A DNA stretch of 43,494 nt, taken from contig NVVN01000005.1 in the NCBI GenBank assembly GCA_002733355.1, forward strand, positions 66,104-109,597, read 5' to 3'. Source of the DNA: Sulfurovum sp. (GTDB taxonomy: Bacteria > Campylobacterota > Campylobacteria > Campylobacterales > Sulfurovaceae). The notes under the pieces are model-generated. The model was given only the letters and a program-made list of their open reading frames with translations. It ran no database searches and was not told the DNA's origin. Numbering within the stretch: position 1 is the stretch's first letter; every line of letters starts with the position of its first letter. Below, piece by piece: positions 36,600 to 43,494 of this stretch. The translations under genes and the position numbers were made by a program.

Positions 36600-37955
36600 T
36601 TATTTTCCCTTGTTTGTGATGATAAGTGCTTTTAAGATATCTACAGCTGATTTGAGTTGTGCATCTTTATAAAGTTGCTTCTCAGTGATAATGCTCTCAT
36701 CAATTTCAGTTTCATTGTTTTCTGATGTAGAATTTATATCTATAGGTTTAACCTCTTTCTTATCTATTTTTGTGAGCTCTTCTTCAAGATGCTTTTTAAG
36801 ATTACTCTCCTTAAAAAGTACAGGGTCTTCCTGATATTCTATTTTCCCTAAATGCACAATGATGTCTGGAGTAACACCTACAGCCTGAATAGTACGACCA
36901 CTTGGTAAATAATATCTTGCTACAGTCAGTTTTAATGCTTCATCTGTACCTATAGGCATTACCACCTGTACAGAACCTTTTCCAAATGTTTTTTCACCTA
37001 TAACGATAGAACGATTAAAGTCTTGTAATGCACCAGCAACGATTTCAGAAGCTGAAGCAGAGCCACCATCCACTAGTACTACTATTGGTGTACTAGTATC
37101 CGTTCCTTCTTTATGTGCATCATAATGTGTATTTTCACTTTTGAGCTTACCTTTTTGGCTAACGATGACACCTTTTTCAACAAATAAGTCTACTAATCCA
37201 ACAGCTTGATCCAATAAGCCTCCAGGGTTACTTCTGAGGTCAAGGATAATACCTTGCGTATTATTATGATCATTTATAGCTTTTTTAATATTTTTCACCA
37301 CTTTTTGGTCAAATGATGTTACAAGAAGATAGAGTAATTTTTCTTCAATGGTTTTTGCATAGACAGATTGAATCTTGATAATATCTCTAACTATTTTAAT
37401 TCTCAGTGGCTTGAGTTCTTTTTTTCTAATAATAGTGAGAGTGACAGAAGTTTTGGGTTTTCCTCTCATAAGTTTGACAGACTCATCAATGTTCATACCA
37501 ATCGTTGCTGTATTGTCTATCTTTAAAATAATATCACCAGATTTTACTCCTGCTCTGTAGGCAGGAGTTTCCTTAATTGGAGCAATAACAGTTAATGCTC
37601 CCTCTTTCATACCTATCGAGATACCAAGCCCACCAAACTGACCTTTTGTTTGTACAGTAAGATCTTTAAATGCTTTGGTATCCATAAAGCTAGAGTGTGC
37701 ATCAAGATTCGACATAAGGCCTTTTAATGCTTTATCTACAAGCGCTGTAGTATTTACGTCATCAACATATTGCTTCTCTATGACATTGAGGATTTGTGTA
37801 AACTTAATGTATGCAGCCATTTTTTCTTTAGCTGTCGAAGGTGTATACTTTTTTACGCTCGTGTCTTTTGCTACAGCAGAAGATCCAAAGAGATATGCAA
37901 CTACTAGAGTCGATACCAATCCGGCAAGAATTATTTTTTTACTTTTTTTAATCAT
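36600..37955 (-). CDS. ctpA: S41 family carboxyl-terminal processing protease
   Basis: PDZ domain (FGGLGI), [19 protein letters not shown] (catalytic Ser), TFGKGSVQ (catalytic Lys). Confidence 0.95.
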   Translation of the reverse strand: MIKKSKKIILAGLVSTLVVAYLFGSSAVAKDTSVKKYTPSTAKEKMAAYIKFTQILNVIEKQYVDDVNTTALVDKALKGLMSNLDAHSSFMDTKAFKDLTVQTKGQFGGLGISIGMKEGALTVIAPIKETPAYRAGVKSGDIILKIDNTATIGMNIDESVKLMRGKPKTSVTLTIIRKKELKPLRIKIVRDIIKIQSVYAKTIEEKLLYLLVTSFDQKVVKNIKKAINDHNNTQGIILDLRSNPGGLLDQAVGLVDLFVEKGVIVSQKGKLKSENTHYDAHKEGTDTSTPIVVLVDGGSASASEIVAGALQDFNRSIVIGEKTFGKGSVQVVMPIGTDEALKLTVARYYLPSGRTIQAVGVTPDIIVHLGKIEYQEDPVLFKESNLKKHLEEELTKIDKKEVKPIDINSTSENNETEIDESIITEKQLYKDAQLKSAVDILKALIITNKGK

Positions 37956-37959
37956 ATGA

Positions 37960-38167
37960 TAGTCTCTCCATTGAGAATTAGTTTATAATTTTATTGAAAA
38001 ACGTCTAAGAGATTGCTTTTATAGTTTATTATAAGTTAATGGATATTAATATGCTATGCAATGTTAAAATTAAAATGACCATATAAACTAATACTCTAGT
38101 AATACTTTATACATATAATTATAGTAAGTTCGTGGGCTATCATACATTGAACTTTATGGAGAGACTA
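37960..38167. repeat. 12-bp perfect inverted repeat bracketing the ctpA/GGDEF divergent intergenic region
   Basis: TAGTCTCTCCAT (37960-37971) and ATGGAGAGACTA (38156-38167); each arm contains the SD of the adjacent gene. Confidence 0.8.
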
Positions 38168-38168
38168 C

Positions 38169-39281
38169 ATGAAACCAAAGTTAAAAGAACTGCTGTTAGC
38201 ATCATATGAGTTTGAAGTATATAACCCGGTACAAACAAAAATAGTAATCTTACATACAATGTTTTTTATTAGTATTTTCATGAATATAGTCTTTATCTTT
38301 CTTCATTTATTCCTTACATATTCATATTCAATCATATACATAAATATTTTTATTCTGTCTTTATCTCTATATTCACTTTACATACTAAGAGAAAAAGGAC
38401 AATATAAACTTGCTGTATACATAGGGAACAGTGTCTTTTTTATAGCTTTCATTGCTTTACCCATGGTAAAATATGGTGAAGGATATACCCTTATTTGGAC
38501 ATATTTCTTTGCCCCTTTTGCTATAGCTACATTGGGAGCTAAACGTGGTCTTATAATCTCAATATTTTTTATAACTATTGTACTTTTACTTACATACTTT
38601 GGTATGGAGCCTTGGTTAAATGGTTCGTTTACTATGGAATCATATATAAGATTCGCGCTTTCTCATTTTGTAATGCTTTATATTATTTATGCAATTCAAA
38701 ACAATAGTGAATATGCAGAGAAAAAAGTTGAGCAATTACGAGAAAAAGAGCAGTTAGAAATAGAAGTACTCAAAAAACTAGCTATAACAGATTCTTTGAC
38801 TCCTCTTTATAATAAACGTTTTTTTGAAGAGATATTTCCAAAACAAATAGAAAAGTCTAAAGAAAGCCAAGTATTACTTACATTTTTTATACTAGATTTA
38901 GATTATTTTAAACAGTACAATGACACATATGGACACCTAAAAGGTGATTATACGCTCATAGAAATGGCGAAGATACTACAAGAAGTTTTTTATCATAATA
39001 ATACCTATCTTTTTCGAATTGGAGGAGAAGAGTTTGCAGGGATATTCTTACATAAAAACATAACTGAAGCACATAAACTCAGTAAAAATATTCTCACAAC
39101 CCTAAAAGAAAGAAAAATAGAACATCATGGCAATCCAGATGGTGGGTTACTCACGGCATCTATAGGTATGTATGTGAAACACTTTAATGACAATTTAGAT
39201 TGTAAAGAAATCTATGAACTAGCTGATAAAGCGCTTTATAAAGCAAAAAATAATGGTCGAGACCAAATAAAATATGCTTAA
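38169..39281 (+). CDS. Membrane-bound diguanylate cyclase (GGDEF)
   Basis: About six TM helices, TDSLTPLYNKR, DLDYFKQYNDTYGH, RIGGEEF active site; no RxxD I-site. Confidence 0.93.
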   Translation: MKPKLKELLLASYEFEVYNPVQTKIVILHTMFFISIFMNIVFIFLHLFLTYSYSIIYINIFILSLSLYSLYILREKGQYKLAVYIGNSVFFIAFIALPMVKYGEGYTLIWTYFFAPFAIATLGAKRGLIISIFFITIVLLLTYFGMEPWLNGSFTMESYIRFALSHFVMLYIIYAIQNNSEYAEKKVEQLREKEQLEIEVLKKLAITDSLTPLYNKRFFEEIFPKQIEKSKESQVLLTFFILDLDYFKQYNDTYGHLKGDYTLIEMAKILQEVFYHNNTYLFRIGGEEFAGIFLHKNITEAHKLSKNILTTLKERKIEHHGNPDGGLLTASIGMYVKHFNDNLDCKEIYELADKALYKAKNNGRDQIKYA

Positions 39282-39288
39282 AAAAATT

Positions 39289-41244
39289 TTATATTTTCTT
39301 AAACTTTTTAACCAATTTTTTTAATCCTTTTAGTAACTCCTTTGTATTCATATTCCCATAGACAATCAATTCATAGATTTTGTCTATTTCTTTTATAATC
39401 ATAGTTAGTTCTATTTTTTCTTGATTTTCTTCAACATAATGCATAAAATATTGATGTAAACTTTCACTTTTTTTACGAACAAAACCTTTTTTCTTTAAAA
39501 ATTGTAACAAGGGTTGTAAAATAGCCAATGCTTCAGAACTATATGTAGGGCGTCTAAAATATGAAATAAGCAGAAAGCTAATCATCACTAGAAAAATTAA
39601 ACTGACTACAAAAGTAAAAATAAATTTCGGGTTGTCTTTTGCGTACTGTAAGAGTTGTTTTTGACGTATGTTGGAGTAGTAGAGTATCCATGTTTCTACT
39701 TGATATTTGGCATACATAAGATATAGATTGACTTTTTTTACCAAAGGATTTTTTGTACTCTTAACTGATTCACCATCTTCATCTGTTTGTTGTTGTGACT
39801 CTATATGGGATGCTGTACTCGTAGTTTCATACCTAACCCAATGTTGATTTATGTACAGTTCAGCCCATGCATGGGCATTTTTCTCTTTAACAGCGAGATA
39901 ATTATTTAAAGCATTGCTCACATCTCCTTTATACCCTGTAACTATACGTGAAGGAATACCTGTCATACGTGCCATAGTTACAAAAGAAGAAGCAAAATGA
40001 ACACAGTAACCACGTCGTTTATCAAATAGAAAGCTGTCAGTTGTATGGTTGATGTCCAGAGGTTCCGGTTTTAAAGTATAGGTAAGGGATTTAGATTTGA
40101 AAAACTTTATAATTTCTTTTGCTCTTTTTTCTATTGAAGGATATAAGTCTTTTATTTTCATGGCTTCTGCATAAGTTTGAGGATTGTGTTTTGGGTTAAC
40201 ACGTGATGAAACCTTTAAAGTATATCTATCAAGTTCATCATAAAATCTAGAGCTCAATGCAGATGTGGCAGCATAATGCATGGGCTCTTTGATGGAATGT
40301 TTAACTGTACTGATAAGATCTCTATCAAGTTTACTTTCTTTTACCGGTTTTACAGGTACATCAAGTAAATAAATCCAACGTTTTTGAGTAGGGTAAAGTG
40401 TCACCTTATACTCTATCGTATCGACATTTATTTTACGTAAAACTTGCTTCTTTCTTTTAACAAATGACGGGATGGGTTCCCAGTGATCTTTGTTATCTAT
40501 GTACAATATGCTTCCACGAAAATAAAGTAAATTTGAAGGAGGTACTTTTTTTTCAAATCCCACTTCCATCACGATGCGATCTGAGGGTACCAGTAAAGCT
40601 TTATTGTCCAAGAACATTGTACCGTCATGTCCCATACGCTGTACCGTCTCGCCTCTAAATCCATAAGAGGCATGCTCAAAGGAAATACGAGGGAAAAAGA
40701 TGAAAAGTACTACCACCCAAGGCAACGAGTACATAAACATTACGATGGAGGAGCGGAAACTTTCTACAATATCTCCTTCCATACGATGTGACAAGATCAT
40801 CCAAAGTAAGAAAAATATTTCAAATATAACATAAATAAGCATCAACATACCATGAAAAAAGAACAACGAAAGTGCTAAAAATAAAAATGGTGAAAGCAAC
40901 AGATAAATATTTATCTGCTGTGTGAGCCTTTGCATACTTACAACGATGAGCAAAACATAGACAAGCAGTTCAAGAAAAAGTTTCAAACGCGAAAGCCCAC
41001 GAAAAGAAAATGCCCCATAAAGTGAAAGATATAGCGCAAAAATTCCCAGTACAAATATCAAAATAATAAGCCACGTTTTAGCAGGCTTTTTTGTAAAGAA
41101 CACAATACCCAAAACCATCACAACAAACACAAGCATAGGGACTTTAAGCATCAGAAATAGTGGTAAGAGAACGATAATAAAAGCTAAATCTAAAAGTTTG
41201 AGAGGAGTCAGGTTAGTATTTTGAAAGATATTCAAGAATTTCAT
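39289..41244 (-). CDS. DUF3488/transglutaminase-like (TgpA-type) membrane protein
   Basis: N-terminal TM bundle; RGYCVHFASS, GIPSRIVTGY, HAWAE. Confidence 0.9.
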   Translation of the reverse strand: MKFLNIFQNTNLTPLKLLDLAFIIVLLPLFLMLKVPMLVFVVMVLGIVFFTKKPAKTWLIILIFVLGIFALYLSLYGAFSFRGLSRLKLFLELLVYVLLIVVSMQRLTQQINIYLLLSPFLFLALSLFFFHGMLMLIYVIFEIFFLLWMILSHRMEGDIVESFRSSIVMFMYSLPWVVVLFIFFPRISFEHASYGFRGETVQRMGHDGTMFLDNKALLVPSDRIVMEVGFEKKVPPSNLLYFRGSILYIDNKDHWEPIPSFVKRKKQVLRKINVDTIEYKVTLYPTQKRWIYLLDVPVKPVKESKLDRDLISTVKHSIKEPMHYAATSALSSRFYDELDRYTLKVSSRVNPKHNPQTYAEAMKIKDLYPSIEKRAKEIIKFFKSKSLTYTLKPEPLDINHTTDSFLFDKRRGYCVHFASSFVTMARMTGIPSRIVTGYKGDVSNALNNYLAVKEKNAHAWAELYINQHWVRYETTSTASHIESQQQTDEDGESVKSTKNPLVKKVNLYLMYAKYQVETWILYYSNIRQKQLLQYAKDNPKFIFTFVVSLIFLVMISFLLISYFRRPTYSSEALAILQPLLQFLKKKGFVRKKSESLHQYFMHYVEENQEKIELTMIIKEIDKIYELIVYGNMNTKELLKGLKKLVKKFKKI

Positions 41245-42085
41245 CGATACTCTCCTTTTTTGAACTTAGTTTTCTCTTTGGCATTTGTATCTCAAAAGCC
41301 AAACGTTCTTTTTCACACGCCAACACCCATAGACAAAGTTGTGACAATCTACTTTCGTCACCTTTCCCTGCGCTATTAAAATGAAATACGAGATTGGCTG
41401 ATTCAGTCTCTTTTATAAATGTTTTTACGGCCATATCACCTTTAGCAACTGATGCCCAATGAATATGTGAAAGTTTTTGCGAGCCATCATATGCTCTAAG
41501 TCCATCAAACTCTTTTTCCTCACCAAAATGATTTTCCACCTCATTTAGAAACGCATGTAAAGACTTACCTTTGGGTTGAGGATATGCAATATCTTCATAT
41601 GTTTCAGATATATTTTTTGTTAAGCGTGCCGTTGAAAGAGGATATTTACTTTCTAAATAAGCCCCATCATAAGAAAATAAACCCCGTTTTTCAGGGATAT
41701 ACGGAAGATGTACTAGCATATTTTTTTCTGCTTTTATGTGCTTTATGGGTACAGAAGCATCTTTACCATGAACAGTTATAGCCCACGCGGTCGTTGTAGA
41801 ATTATTGTAGATTTGAAGAGTGATTTTCCCTTCAACTTGTGCAAAAAATCTACCTTTTTTTAGAAATTTGGTTTCTAAGTTTCCTAGATTTAATACTCCA
41901 ATGGGTCCAGCTGAAAAGGCAAGAGAAAAAACAAAAAACAGTGTGATGTACACAAGGTTAAAGTCATGCATATATGCTTCAAGAAAAAGTCCAAAAAGAA
42001 GTACAACTACCACTGCCGAAAAGCGTGTAGCATGTTGTTTAATACTCCTATGTATCTGAATGAATTTGCGTAAAGATTTCATCAT
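41213..42085 (-). CDS. DUF58 domain protein
   Basis: EFDGLRAY...IHWASVAK; lies between MoxR and the transglutaminase gene. Confidence 0.85.
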   Translation of the reverse strand: MMKSLRKFIQIHRSIKQHATRFSAVVVVLLFGLFLEAYMHDFNLVYITLFFVFSLAFSAGPIGVLNLGNLETKFLKKGRFFAQVEGKITLQIYNNSTTTAWAITVHGKDASVPIKHIKAEKNMLVHLPYIPEKRGLFSYDGAYLESKYPLSTARLTKNISETYEDIAYPQPKGKSLHAFLNEVENHFGEEKEFDGLRAYDGSQKLSHIHWASVAKGDMAVKTFIKETESANLVFHFNSAGKGDESRLSQLCLWVLACEKERLAFEIQMPKRKLSSKKESIDEILEYLSKY

Positions 42086-42971
42086 GTATACGTTTTGCTG
42101 TAGTTTTGCCTTCTATAAAGACCAGACGATGTGAACAGACTATGGAAGTAACCATCTGTACATCATCTGCAGTTGCGTAGTTTCTACCTTGTAACATCGC
42201 CCATGATTTAACCATAGCTGTCAAGGCAAGCGCACCACGTATTGAAAGTCCATATTCAAATACTTCACTCTCTCTTGTGTATGCGATGATAGCTTGTAAA
42301 AAATCCAGTAATGCATCGCTAAGAGTCACTTTTATAACTTTTTTCATATACATTTCTACCTCTGACGAGGTAAGTAAAGCTTGAGATACTGTATTGCTGT
42401 CTTCCTTATCACCTTTTAATATAGCCCGTTCAGATGCGCTGTCTGGATACCCTATGCCAAAAGAGCACATAAAACGATCTAACTGGGAATTAGGTAGAGG
42501 GAATGTACCTACCTCTTCATGTGGGTTTTGTGTACCAATGACAAAAAAAGGTTCAGGTAGCGTGTACGCTACAGAGTCTATAGTTACTACACCTTCTTCC
42601 ATAGCTTGCAGCAGGGCAGACTGTGTTTTAGGCATGGAACGGTTTATCTCGTCTGCTAGTAAAAAAGAGGTGAAAATAGGTCCTTGTTTAAAGACAAAAG
42701 ATCCTTCTTTTTGATTGTAGTAGTTTAAACCTAGTATGTCAGAGGGCAACATATCAGAAGTAAATTGTATTCGTCCAAAGTCAAGGCCCAGTACTTGTGA
42801 AAGGTATTTTGCCAGCGTAGTTTTACCCACGCCTGGTATATCTTCTAGGAGTAAGTGACCTCCTGCAAAAAAAGTAGCCAATGAAAGTGCTATGGTTTCT
42901 CTCTTTCCTACAAGATGTTTTTCTATAGCATTGATAGTGGGTATAAATTCTGAAGAAATTTTGTAATTCAT
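42048..42971 (-). CDS. MoxR family AAA+ ATPase
   Basis: LLEDIPGVGKT, RIQFTSDMLPSDI, LLADEINR, LLQAMEE, TQNP...GTFPLP.SQLDRF. Confidence 0.95.
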   Translation of the reverse strand: MNYKISSEFIPTINAIEKHLVGKRETIALSLATFFAGGHLLLEDIPGVGKTTLAKYLSQVLGLDFGRIQFTSDMLPSDILGLNYYNQKEGSFVFKQGPIFTSFLLADEINRSMPKTQSALLQAMEEGVVTIDSVAYTLPEPFFVIGTQNPHEEVGTFPLPNSQLDRFMCSFGIGYPDSASERAILKGDKEDSNTVSQALLTSSEVEMYMKKVIKVTLSDALLDFLQAIIAYTRESEVFEYGLSIRGALALTAMVKSWAMLQGRNYATADDVQMVTSIVCSHRLVFIEGKTTAKRIHDEIFTQIHSDT

Positions 42972-43029
42972 AGGGTATCTTAGCGTAAGTTTTATGTAAT
43001 GTATATGTAATAAAAATTTATATATCTAA

Positions 43030-43494
43030 TTAAATTTATTAAATAAAACAAAAAGTGACACCTTGTTCTTTAAAACGGAAGTTCTTGGCGGTAAGGAGAA
43101 AACGGAATCCTTTAAAATAGACTTTTATCATACCATTGATCCATTAAATAATTCTGTTTTTGGTTTAGAGAAATCAATACTTAATATTAAAAAGAACAAA
43201 TGGACTATAAATGCAAGTTCAAATGGCAGTAATAGAGTTATTTATAACAATAGTAAGGAAGCGTTTTTATTCGAAAATTTTTCTTTAGAGTCTAGAGGAC
43301 AACAAATAAAATTTCATGGTTTTATCAAGGATTCCACAACTACGGATGTGACTTTTGAATTTAAAAATGTAAAACTGAATGAGATTACTCCACATATTGA
43401 TAGTTTGGAACTCAAAGGACTATTAAATGGTCAAGTACGTTACCTTAAAACTAAATATCAGTTACGGCCTACAGTGGAAATGGAAATTGAGGAT
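43030..43494 (+). other. Start-less open frame resembling an internal segment of a Flavobacteriia TamB (translocation/assembly module) protein
   Basis: 155 stop-free codons to the window edge: LNLLNKTKSDTLFFKTEVLGGKEKTESFKIDFYHTIDPLNNSVFGLEKS...FHGFIKDSTTTDVTFEFKNVKLNEITPHIDSLELKGLLNG. Assignment is from recalled similarity only. Confidence 0.6.

Noticed and set aside
1-43494. tRNA, rRNA, CRISPR arrays, transposases or integrases
   Set aside because: None recognised on either strand by inspection; intergenic gaps are short and otherwise explained.

Overview
AT-rich genomic window from a Campylobacterota bacterium, most Sulfurovum-like by protein similarity (judged from recalled family knowledge, no search run). 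The left edge holds the 5' third of valS. The right part is the conserved ctpA-purC-purS-purQ-hyp-plsC-crcB cluster, a GGDEF gene and a MoxR-DUF58-transglutaminase triad. Between them lies about 31 kb of accessory DNA in three blocks. (i) A redox/stress block: exported MBL hydrolase, DoxX plus FMN-binding glutamate-synthase-like protein, exported Hsp20, atypical ADP-ribosylglycohydrolase, and a NifU paralog that has lost most of its cysteines. (ii) Two divergent TolC-MFP-CusA/CzcA heavy-metal RND operons plus a CDF transporter, separated by a Rob-like AraC/DUF4386 cassette with a perfect mar/rob box. (iii) A decaying stress/central-carbon island: LOG, PfkA, frameshifted P-type ATPase, Lpd-like protein, USP, fused remnants of a beta-CASP nuclease and AMMECR1 gene, and PpsA. 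The best candidate for an undescribed system is the pair of ~100-aa leader ORFs heading each RND operon. Both have a signal-like N-terminus, a C-D-x-H-H-x-F-H motif exactly 47 residues from a conserved C-terminal YTPPFQxTxIKPPIA, and in copy 1 an 11-bp hairpin pairs the leader stop codon with the tolC ribosome-binding site. This suggests metal-sensing nascent-peptide translational control of efflux. The last ~465 bp look like an internal fragment of a Flavobacteriia TamB gene (chimeric join or foreign DNA). No rRNA, tRNA, CRISPR array, transposase or integrase was recognised.
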